A stretch of DNA of 64,000 nt from Botryllus schlosseri. Lineage: Eukaryota. This document shows, in pieces, positions 14,108 to 26,400 of the stretch. The notes under the pieces were generated by a model. It made no database searches. It saw only the letters and a program-made list of their open reading frames with translations, and was not told the origin of the DNA. A program made the position numbers and the translations under genes. Each line of letters begins with the position of its first letter. Position 1 is the first letter of the stretch. The stretch is from positions 8,184,001-8,248,000 of the forward strand of contig CM119385.1 in NCBI GenBank assembly GCA_051294905.1, given 5' to 3'.

Positions 14108-15645
14108 ATTCTCGGAATGTAATTTATCTGGGGTTAGGCTACCATATTTTGGGATCCCTAAAAGGAGAACTCTTTTTAAAAATTACATAAGTCAGATACC
14201 CGACTAGAAAACTGCCAGTTCCAGAATTTTTACGGGAATTTTTGTTGTGTTGACTACAAAACAGCCCTACTCGCGCAAGACCCTCCCGAACATACGCATT
14301 GCAGACTTCACGTCACTTATGGAGTTTTTTTAGTTGTGCCTGTCCATTAGCCTGGCTCTCAAAGTGATAAAGGAGGACATTTAGGCGTCCTCGGTGAACA
14401 TTTGCTATTTCCTGAAAAGACAATAAATTCCCCGAAAGAAAGACACATGGTAACCCTAAATGTATCACTATTGGTTAAGATGGCGTTCTTGCAGATGAAA
14501 TTCTCACTTGCATTCATTCCAGAGCTCGCTGCTCATCAAGCGGTCTGTCCAGTGTCCACAGTGTAGTAAAACGAGCAGTTTATAAAACAACGATTTCCGT
14601 AGAGTACAAAGTCGTCGGCAATGTTAGGCCGGAGGGATGCTATAAATCTGGCGTGACCAACACGTTATATTTTGCGGCCGGCGACCTGATTTGAGATTTC
14701 GGAAGAGCGCGTGGTAAAGTATTATGAAATGCTGAATTGATTTCAGTTCGAAGAAATAGTTGTTGTTCAAAACGAGCTATTCTCCTGAGCCCAACATCAC
14801 TATACCTTACTAGCTGATACAGCTTCGGTAATGGTAATAGCTTTCCATGAATGAAGAATTAGCTGATATGAATGGGCTGGGCAAGTGAGCATATTGCCTT
14901 GGCGTGCAAAATCCAAGACACTGCCAAAACCATAAGAAGCTTACAAAACGACTTGTGGCATTCCAACAAGATCGTGCTTACGATAAGATATAGTTTTCCA
15001 GCAAATACCGTGTGTATAGCTAACCCCAATATCGATTCATCAGTTGCGGAAACGTGTGGTCAGGTACCGCGCGCGTAGCTCGTTATTGAAAATAGAATGG
15101 AAGTAGATGATCACAATATGTTCGTTGTATTTGTATTTCGCTATTAAAATATCATTACTATTGTGGTACCGTAACTATGCCCGTCGCACACGTCAGAGAG
15201 CGCAGCGTAGTTGTACTGACGTGAAGTTTTAATAATTAAAACTTTAAAAATTAAATTAAATTAAATTAAATTGAAAAATTTAAAGCGCATTAGGGTTGCA
15301 TAGGCCTATAAAAATAATCGTGGGCTACCCGTTACACTCCGGTCGTTTACCAGTACCGATGTTGAATTTCCTCACTTTGACATTCAGTGCACTATCGGTA
15401 GCGTTTCTGCTCCTTATCAAAAAAAGATATAACTCTGAATGCCAAAGCTGAGAAATTTAGCGACGGACGGGTAAACGGGAGCTATTCTCATTAATAAATA
15501 AACCCATTATACCCACCCAATCAACAGCTCTTGGTTTCAAATAGGTTGTTGAAACTTGATATATTGTCTTCACGGGTAGTGAGGAATATAAATTGAGCTT
15601 AACAAGGTGTGTTGAGTCGAAAAAGTATGGGAACCATAGGTCTAC

Positions 15646-16565
15646 CATGGGTAAATCTGATTACGTATGAGCAGATAGAGGATAAAACAAATTGATCGCA
15701 ATAAATATGCAATTCTCGATCATATTGACCGATTCAATTATGGATTATAGCAAATTTTCTCGCATCTCACGGTTAGGCGATAAGTTGACTCACTAAACAG
15801 TACAGCCGCGGCCTACGATATTCAAATATCGGTGAAATAATAGCGGAAATATAGGTCGATGGGGGTCTGGGGAAGGGCAAGCCCCCAGAAGTTTGGTTTA
15901 TCACCCTACGAGGGCCCAAGACCAACGTTTTTTTTAGGGGGGGGGGCTGACGAAGTGCTGTTTCGGTCCTGGACTCCAGTCAACTTATTCGTACGACTTA
16001 AGTTTCAGGAAAGTGAATTGCGTTTGAGCTTTGCGCCTAATGTGCCTTCTAATTTTTTTGAGTCTGTATAAGCTGTCACCAACTCACTGCGTGGTCCCGT
16101 GGACAAAAGTACGTGGTATTCTGGGATCTGATACAGAGGGCAATGCGTTGACTAAAAACAGGTAAAACTTCGGATTTCTGTGCGCGGCACATATTTATCT
16201 GTACGCGCAGACTGTATGTCAACAGTGCGCGGCCACGCAAGCGCGCAGCTTAAAGAACATTAATTGCTCAATGCTCAGCTCTACCGGTAAATCTGACTAC
16301 GTGAGCAGAGAGGATATATAATAGACAGCAATATATATGCCATTTCCCCGATAGATATTGACCGATTCAATCACGAATAAGTGAAAATTTTCCCGCTTCA
16401 CGCGTTCAGGCAAAAGACGCGCTGACACACCACACAGTCCAAAAAATCTCGCTGATAAGTCGCGGCAAAACGAACAACCTGACGAGGGACCAAGAACCAA
16501 CGTTTTTTGGATGGGTGGGGGAGGGGGGGGGGGGGGTTAATGAGGTGCTGTTCGGTCCTGCTCAA
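15646..16565. repeat. Two diverged direct copies of a ~300-bp interspersed repeat (15646-15975, 16284-16565); third copy at about 42760-43030
   Basis: Shared GGTAAATCTGA(T/C)TACGT..GAGCAGA..GAGGAT, ATATTGACCGATTCAAT and AAGACCAACGTTTTTT..GGGGG..GAAGTGCTGTTTCGGTCCTG blocks. Confidence 0.65.
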
Positions 16566-17461
16566 GACACACAATGCATAATGCGACACAATGCGATGAA
16601 ATACACAAACAGGAGGATGTTGAAACTACCAAGTGCGATATATGCTGGAATAGGCTACTCAATTGGTGGTCCGAATACAGACATTTGAAGTGTTGGATCC
16701 TGACCTTATCTGTTTGAGTATCCATGAGTAGAATATGCGGATCTGGCAGACAGGCGGGATAGTTGACCATTTTTATTCGACTTAGTCAACACCGCAAATA
16801 TAAGGTCATCATCACAACTTATGTCATAGAGATTGCTAGTGGATCTAAGAAAATTCAGACTTCTGAATAAGGACCGTTGCTAAAAATAGTTGAGTTACCC
16901 TGAAACGTCTCATACCATGCATTGCGCGAGTCTATAGGATGTAAACTGACAAATTTAGGAAATATATGTCATCATATTCCGAAAGCTAACGCGCTATCAA
17001 TCAATCAATCGTCAGATTATATTTTCATCTGCACAAGGCACACACACAATTTGCAGGCTGCAATGCGATACACAAGACACGCAACGCGATGTACATTGTA
17101 CACACAATTTGCTAATTATTATCATTTGCTTACTATTATTTGAGAACTTTTGATTTCATTTTGTGTCTAGTATATCGCATTGTATAGTGTTTGTATATCT
17201 TGGGCAGTTAAAAATATAATCTGACGAATATCGAATATTATATCTAACGCTGATCAGGATCCTTGAAATCGCGATACTTTCGTTTCTGTGATACGCACCA
17301 AGGTAAACGGCTTTCAAGCTCGACCACTGATCGACGAATGCAGATTTATAAAACTGGGGAATACATCGGTCCGTTTGAAACTATCGAATTACACGGTAGT
17401 CGGGTTCGAATAACTGTGAGTTCGGTTCGTGAAGATCAGAGGCGCTCGATACTAGCAGGCC

Positions 17462-20400
17462 ATGGACATGGAAGAAGATCAAGCATCTGGGTTCGTATTT
17501 TTACAGCCACTTCTACGCGCACCACAATACCGTATTGTTACCGTACCATGTATGTGCCTATGTTTGCAGATTGCAGTTAGAAACGGAATATCGTTGATAT
17601 GGTAATATAAACTGGTATTGATTGAAGTACGATAGGTAAATTCAATATCCAGACCCAATGGCGATAGGCATTCTAATATAATAGTAGCTGCAAGATGTGA
17701 AGATCGTAAATAGTAGATATAGCCTACTAACGTAACAACTTACACTCCTACAGCAATTTTCGTATTGGTATCAAATCACCAGTACTGAATTATTCTCATC
17801 CGCTCCAGACTAGGACTAGCATTGTAAGGTTCGATGCACAGAGAGAGAGAGAGAGAATTGAGTCATTTCAAAAACACAAACATTGAAATTCTGCGATGTG
17901 GCAAGAACCTGCTTCAAGTTTCTAACAGTCATCTCTCCTGGAAATAACCTAGAAAACCTAATTTCGCAGAACATAATCCAGCGTTTCATCTGATTCTTTT
18001 TCTTAGTGAGCCGGAGCAAATGGATCAAAGCGATGAACCGTCTGCGTCAACCGACAAATCAACCTCTGATCGCAAATACCAGAACGATACCAGCAAACAA
18101 ATGATAGTCAAGAAAAAGATTGAGCAATATTTCCACATTATCACGCAGGGCTGCGGTCGCATGAACTGCGAAAATCCCAACTGCGCATCGAACCCAAGAA
18201 ATTGCAAGATCACAGGGAACGAAGCAGCGGTCAAGGTCTGTCTCGTGTGTAGTATTGACATTTCATTATTTTATCATTCATCTCAAGAATAATAGCATAG
18301 GCCTACTTCTCATTTACCATGCAGTATTTAATGGGATTCTAAAAAAAATTTCAGAGCTCATTTCCTACCGTGGATGCCCGAAAATAGGACTGGCACCCCC
18401 AAAATATGCGGCTAATTGATATGAGAAAAAGACACAATCTTCAACTTTATTGACGATGAATTTGACCCTTGTAATATGCAGGATATGATGAATATAACAG
18501 TTGTCCCGCCGAATCATAGAATATGTCTTATGATTGTGTAAAATACTGAAGTAAAATTATTTCAGCAGTAGCCGAAGTGTCGGTATTCATATTTACAATT
18601 GTATACTATATTTGTATTGAAATAAACCCAATTATTTTTTGGTAATTGTCAACAACTAGTAGGAATTGTTTATTGAGGTTGTGCACCTACAGGTGTATTC
18701 ATATTGATGCTTGATTTTACAGGCAATTCAACTCCTTCAGCAAAAAGCCGAAATATGTCCGCTTCATGTTGGCGATTCTATGATGGAGTCGTCTTCCCCA
18801 TCAAATCATTCACCCAGTAATTCAGCCGCGGGGCCTCTATCCAGTGATACTAGCTCAGCCAGCAGTGATTGCCCTGACAGCCGCTCACCACAAGACGGCA
18901 TCAAACACCAAGAACCTCACACTTCAAAAACCGTTGATAATGAAAAAAAGAAAGATCTTAAAGTTTACCGTGTTGAAGGTAAGACTGATAGTCCTTGAAA
19001 TAACAAACTACCTGTATGAGTATCAGCCATTTGATCGAAAGCTACATTACTAAATACTTGGTATTCCAAAAAATTACTAAGAAACTGTAAAAGGAATTTG
19101 TAAAAATATTTAAATCTTATTACTTAACTATAGATGATTTGAATTCTTCACAAAGACATCTGTGCTCCAGTAGTTGTAACTATAACGACGCAAAATATGT
19201 CATATGTGTAAAGTGTAATTACAATGTCCACCAATAAGTATTGATCAGTCATTAGAACCATGGTCTTGCAATCTGGAGGCTCATGTTGAAATCATATCGG
19301 CAGCTGTCACCTTAAACTCAGGCACCGAAGAACAGAATCAATTTCACTATCAAGCCATTGCTGAACTGAAATTTTAAAAAGTTTACCAAACTAGTGTTTG
19401 CTGAATTGTCGTTGACACATCTCTGTTCAGGCGTAAAATATTTAACGGAGGAGATGGTGGATGAGCTGATACTCCGTTGCAAGAAGTCGGAGGCGTCTCA
19501 AGTGGACGCGTCCGACGCGCATGACGACACGTTCAAACAGGCGCCCTCGAAAGATCCATACAATCCTTTGTTTCTAGCGTTGACCGAAGTATTTTCCAGT
19601 ATGGAAAGTCTGAACAGGTGAGACCGAAATTTCTTGTGCAGTGGTTTTCAATTTTATTCTTAATTACAGAATGTAAATAGGCTTGTCCATTAATTACAAA
19701 AATAACACACCAGATTTTAGTCTGATTTAGACCTAATATACTGATATAGAGTTCATCTTCTACTTTCGACTTACCCTGTGTCAAAACGCTACATGTGTCA
19801 AACTGTAACTCACTCTAGGCCTGTATTATGTGAAAGCTAAAAAAATAACAACTAGGACTAATGATTAGGCCTACTGATACTATAGATAAGCAGAATTTTT
19901 TAATACATATTCAGTTACCGTCTGATACAGGAGTGATTTAGCTAGTCATCACAACAATTTCACTCATAGGCAACATTTCAGCTTACAAAAAGTAGTGGGG
20001 TTTTGCCTGAAAAAGTGTCGAGTAGAAGTGGATGTAGTCGAAAACATTACCGCTCCAGTAACCAGTACAAGCAGCCAAAATTTACTCGGTCACTCGGAAA
20101 AGTTAAAGTAGGCTACTTCGTTACTGACCACCACCACCCAGACTGAGACAACTCGAAAATTTTTAGCATTTCCAAATGAGATTAGAATTAAAATGACATC
20201 TGCAAAGTTTTTCCTGAATTTAGAGTAGAATTATAATTATAGCTACAAAGTTATTAGATTAAAATTAGAAGATAGCTACGCGTTTTTCCCAAATTGGATC
20301 AGAATTTAAATGACTGAATTCGTGAAAACATGGACATTAATTAATTTCCTTTAATATCAACTCATATTTTGTTCTTATGAGCATGAAAATAGCAAATATC

Positions 20401-23400
20401 TGTACAGCAAGCCTCGCTCATTTCTCACGGTAGAGTTCTCCTGTAGCTTTTACTGGAAAAGCAGAAAGTATAATAGAATTGAATAAAAGAGCGAAGAAAC
20501 ATTTCTCAAACTAGATTAGAATTAAAGCAAAGAAACATTGCGCAAATTAGATTAGTATTAAAGTAAAGACAGATTTCACAAATTAGATTAGAATTAGAGC
20601 AAAGAAAGATTTCACAAATTAGATTATAATTAGAGTAAAGAAATATTGCACAAATTAGATTACAATCAGAAGATCGAAACATTTCACAAATTAGATCAGA
20701 ATAACAGCATAGAAACTTTTCACAAATTAGACTAGAATTAGACGATAGAAACATTTCACAAATTAGATTGGGATTAAAGCAAAGAAACGTTTCACAAATT
20801 AGATTAGAATTATATTACCGACAACTAGAATCATCCAGTTGTCCAAGTCTGCCACCACCCCAGTACCCCAACTGTGCCGAAATCTATTCGATCCATCCGT
20901 TCCTTTCTGCCAGGAGTTTTCCGAGTAAAGACAGGAAATCGCAGCCGGCAGATGTCGAGGAAAGCATGGAGATCGACACAACAGATGAAAACGAAGCCAC
21001 CGACAACGCCGGCCCGATGCCGGTAGACGCTAAACTGGACCGGGACGCCTTGTCTACTGAGCTCAGCTCGTTTTTTTCCACCGAATTCCCAAACACGTCC
21101 GGTCTGAGGCGCGCGAACGCAGCCAAAAGACGCGCGGACACAAAGGCAAAAGCAGCCGCTCCGAAAGTTAAGGTTTCTTCGCCCAACGTAGACATAGTAT
21201 CGGTCAGGCGCGTGTACAGTAAATTACAAGGCATCGAACGCGCGAACGATGCTTTCGTAAGCAGCCTGGGCTTGCTCAGCACGAGTGTGATCGCACGTTT
21301 GGACGTTATGCGGCAACTGCCGGGCGCTCTCGATATGAACCCTTTCGTGATAGCGATGGAGAATCCCATGTTGCATTCGCCGGAATACTTTGAGACGGCG
21401 CTGCCCGAGTTTTGTAAGGCGATGGGGAAGCTGCCGTTGGAGGCTTGCGTCGTGCTGGTGAAATGGTGGTCGTCGTACGCCGCGGACGAGTTGAGGTCGT
21501 TTGTGGAATGCTTCCAGCAGCTTATTACGGTCAAGGTCTGTGTTTCGAGCTTACTCGACAAGTAAACCCGATTAGTAATTTGATTATGATTCGTGTATTT
21601 GGCTTCCATTATGCTATTCATTATGCTCACACAACAGTATGTATGATGTGGACAGCTGAATTATGTACCCTTTATGTGACCACAGACAATATAATGCCAT
21701 TTCTACATTACATTACAGATCATTTGCTATTTTTTTTTTACGATTCCAATGTTGTGGCGATGCCGTGGGAGTGGGTGTATCAAATCTTAACAGAAATGTA
21801 ATTTCCACTTTGCGCTATATTTTGTGTACAATCAATCTAGGTTTACAGTCTTCCGCATTGTAAAATGGTATCGAAACTTCAATTCTTGTTCAAGGTGGTG
21901 GAAGCACGGCTCTATCAGGACGACGCCGAAAACTTGGACCTGCACAAGAATCACACGATCGCAAACGCCGTGAAATGTTTGAAACTATTCTATTACGCTT
22001 CGCTCTACGGCGGAAAGATCGAAAAAGAAACTACTAGTTATATATCGAAATCTTTGGCGAATTCCTTCGACTTCCCGGGTAAGAAAACGACTCTATTCTG
22101 GAGCCTGTCATGTTTGTAGTAACTTTAAAATGGTGTGCACACAGCTGACGACTTCGATATCGAGAAGAAATCTTGGAAGGACCCGTTCAGTGAAGCACTC
22201 GGCGTATCCGAAACGGATGTCGCGGAACCTATTATTCCTCTCGAAGAATTTCAGAACGAAGTGTTGAACGAGTCTATCAGTGTGAGTATCCGAAGGGCTG
22301 GCTTTGTGATTACTTGCTGTCAAATGACTGGTGCGTCACAGATTGAAAATTTATGTGACCTTGCAACTGATTTGGATTTGCCATCACTAGCTGGCCGTAT
22401 TTTTGTGCCCGAAGATATCGGTAACAATCCAGTATTGCAAATCACAGGTTTTCTGGATGCTTTTTATAGTAATTATACTCTGATGGATTTTTCTTCTGGC
22501 TACACCGCTAGCCTATGCAAGGGTTTGACAGCACAATTTCTGCTACTTGCGGTTGGAATGTCAACGGTCGTCCTATCTCAGTAGACGGCCTATCGTACTC
22601 GTGACTTACATCAGGGGTCAACCGTTTTGGTGTGGTGAACTTGCACACCCTTTTCGACGCGGACATAATAAGTTACCGTCATCATTTTTACCTTGCTGCC
22701 GAATTGGTCTACTTAGCCTACTACTAAATAGTCAACTGTCGACTAAAGAAAGGTCTGCAGCTCCGCATGGACTTGATCAATGATCATGGCCTATCTGAGA
22801 AACTTTTACTTAAATAAAAGGTCAGTCAATGCGTAATTGCGTATGTCAACGGAAGATGTTGGGAAGCACTGATATAGACCACAGCTTTAGTGTAACAAGT
22901 TTCCCATGCACCCTTGTATAGCCTTTTCGTACCGGTACTCGTACCCATGTGTATTCTTGGGCGCACCGATTGCAGAGCCTTGACCTACATGACCAAGTGG
23001 CTTGGGAGTTCCAAGTCTCTGTTGCAATCATGCCTGCTAGTATAGAAAGTTGTTGCGTTATTTTCTCAGGTATACAACGATTTCACTAACGCCGGCGACT
23101 ATGAGATGAAGAGCAACGAGTTTACCTTCATGAAATATCCGTTTGTTCTCAACATCGTCAACAAAACCACCTTTTTCTTTTACGATAACAAAGTTCAGAT
23201 GTTAAGGTAAATGATTAGCGAGTTATTACAGTTTTTCTTACAATCGGAGGAGTTCAAAGTAGCGAGTGCTGGTACTCACGTACAAGTAATGTCTTACATT
23301 TCGACTCTATTGAAAGTAGAAGTAACTCAAAATGCCTAATGACACTTCAAATAGGTAGGATCTTCGAAAACATATTGTATACTGTAATGCGGGGTTCTAA

Positions 23401-26400
23401 TGATAGTGTCACTGGTACAAGTGGATGCAAACTCATCCCAATTCTAGTTTGTACTTTACAAAATTATAATCCAAAAAGTAAGTAATTTGCCTGAAAACTG
23501 TTCAAGCAACAGTGTTTGAATTTGCCACCGTTATGTACTATATTTTCCAAATACAAAGCTTTGTGCTTCAATAACTTCGCTTTTAACGTTTGTAATAGCG
23601 CCAAATTTCTTGTGCATCGGTTTTTTCAGACAACCTGACAATTTCGTGGGGTAGACATTAATTGAATCCAAACTTTTTTTGCTTATAGCAATGCCTCTAT
23701 AGCAGTGGTTCGCAACCTTTTTTTAAACACGCCCCCCTTTTGTGATAGTGAACGCGACCCCCTTATCGTCATATCACAAAATCCAACCGGGATGCCAGCA
23801 ACCCAAACAGATTGTTTGATGGCATGGAGGGTTATGACTGTTGATGAAAGAATTCAAAAATATGAAATTCGGCCTATATATAGAGATTAGAGAAACATGC
23901 GTGAATCGGAGGTGAATCGCGCGAAAAAAATTTTCAGTCGACCATTTCTTCGCGCCCCCCTTCAGATGCTTTCACGCCCCCCCTTCCATGTGGCGCGCCC
24001 CCTAGGTTGAGAACCACTGCTCTATAGGTTGGAATCGCACCAAAGTTGGTGTACATCGTTTTTTTTTAAGGTAACCTAACAATTTTATCAAGTAGCCAGT
24101 ACAATTTGAATTTTTGAACATCCCTATTGAGCACTTACTTCATCACCGAGCAGGCACGTCATTTCTATCCGCTGTTTCAGTGGAAGACGCCTGGTGATAC
24201 TGCAAAGCATTCTTAGCCACACGACAGCCAGCCCGTACCTGCGGCTGAAAATTCGCCGGGACCGCGTGATAGAAGACGCCCTGCTGCGGGTAAGTTTTGT
24301 AGGCCGCCGAAACGCTCAACGCGACTGAACCCTGGCTTTTTTTTCCAGCTTGAACTTATTGCCGGTGAGAGTCCGATCGATTTGCGGAAGCAGCTCTACG
24401 TCGAGTTCGAGGGGGAGCAGGGCGTCGACGAGGGGGGAGTTTCGAAAGAGTTTTTTCAGCTCGTCGTGGAGCAGATATTCAACCCCGATTACGGTATGTT
24501 TTGTCCAGAGTTGTAAGCAAGTGAAATTTACGTTTGTAGTTCTATTCAAATTCACTTCACCTAGTCAAGTCCAAATCCGAAAAAAAAACGGTCAAGTCCG
24601 TGTCATAGGGTTAATACTCGAGTCCAAGTCACAGAGTTCACTGACCATTATTGAATACAAGACGGGTTTAACTTGCTTCTGTGAAACTCTCGGATGCTTG
24701 GCAAGGCGTTACACTCATATATGCTCATTTTTCTTGCTCTTACCATGTTTACTCAAACAGATGAAATCGGGTTTCTGCGCCTATTTTCAAGTATCGATCC
24801 TCAAACGCGAGACTTGAAGCAAGTAATATTGAATATTTCGGGAGTCGTTTTCCATCTTTATGAAAATGACTCGAGTCATTACAACACTGGTTTTGACCCA
24901 GCGGCCTGTCGTTTGCGCCAGGGCTGTGGACTGTAGAGATTTTCAATATACCTGCTCCTAATATTTCCTTCACAATACTCCGTCTCCCACAATCCTGTAA
25001 ATTTGTAAGGAATTGCGCTTGGAGAAACAAATTGAGTTGGTGAGGGTCCGCCTCTGCGAATAACTTGACAACTTGCGTATCTGCTACAGCACTTTAGGGA
25101 CATTTGAGGTCATTCGATTTCAAAGTAGTTGCAGTCTAAAAAATTTCCAATTCGTGACGGTTTCAATGTGCCGACACATTGCTTTCTGCCTGTGGGAATT
25201 TTCGAATTGTGCAGCGGAAGCTATAAATCTGGTTATGAAAAGTACCAGGTTGACTTTTGTTGCGCTGAAACCGAATTTTACTCATACACAGTTTCTTCGA
25301 TTTCCAATTCAAGGATTATTCAAAGTTTCCTTCCGCTTGCTGGGATTTGTAAATTGCCGAGTGGAAGCTTTACGCGCCTTAAATCCGGACACGGCGCCAC
25401 CGCATATTACTCTGCAACATTGCCCACTGTTGCTTTCAGCTTGCGGGAATTTTCAAAATGTCAAGGGTGGTTATATGAGTTCTACATCTGAAATTTAAAA
25501 AAGTACCAGGCCGACTTTTATGCGCTGAAATGCGGCGACACTTAGCATTACTTAGAACCATGCTCTAATAGATCTCAAAGTGGCTCACCATTTAGTCAGA
25601 GCTGATAAGATATAATTTAATCTAAGTAACTATGCTATACAGCGTAGCCTATGTGCAAAACCTGTCCAGCTCCTGACAGATTCTAGGTGGATCAGTGCCT
25701 GATCATTATTTTAATTTATATTTTCGGAATCGGTGCAACATTAGCTTTCGATCAAGACCAGATTCAGTAATTTCTGCGCTCGGGAAGATAGCTTTTGAAT
25801 TGTCTGAAATCCTACAGTCGCTTACGCAAAACAATTCTCCACTCCAGCCTCGGCTAAGCGGAACGAAGCTGCAAAATCGGTCGTTGCCGTTCCATGTTTA
25901 ATTTCTATAGCTAGACATTTCTTTACCCTAATTTTAAGTCTAAATGCGTGAACTTTTTCTATGCTCTGATTTTAATTTGAATCTAATTTCTCGTTTTCCT
26001 GAAAATCCTACAGGATAACTGTATAGAGCGAAACGAGTCAAGCATGCTCGTGAGAATGTGCATTCATTCGATATCAACTTAACTTCATTCAGTGGCTATG
26101 TTTAGGGGAATTCAGTAATCGTAATCTTTGAAAATGCAATGTAGCTGTGGTTCTAATTCTAATCTAATTTGGAAAAGCTGAAAATCTTCTAGTCCATCGC
26201 GCAAACCACCATCTTTTATATGTAATATATTTCTCGGCTTTTACGGTGTTACTTTTTCCCTGTCAGGTATGTTTACGTACAACGAAGACACGCGCCTCTT
26301 CTGGTTCAATCCGCATTCCTTCGAAAATTCCGCGCAATTCACCCTGATCGGCATCGTGCTGGGGCTGGCGATCTACAACAGCTGCATCTTGGACATCAGA

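Noticed and set aside
20506-20815. CRISPR-like array or Cys-rich repeat protein (ORF 20506-20754 -)
   Set aside because: The units are contiguous with no unique spacers, the context is eukaryotic and intronic, and the ORF is a by-product of the minisatellite.
20884-21630. 248-aa antisense ORF
   Set aside because: It is the shadow of the large UBE3A exon on the opposite strand, with no recognisable motifs.
25073-25498. Overlapping 120-141 aa ORFs in a UBE3A intron
   Set aside because: No recognisable domain, non-ATG starts, and the region contains an internal duplicated motif typical of repeat DNA.
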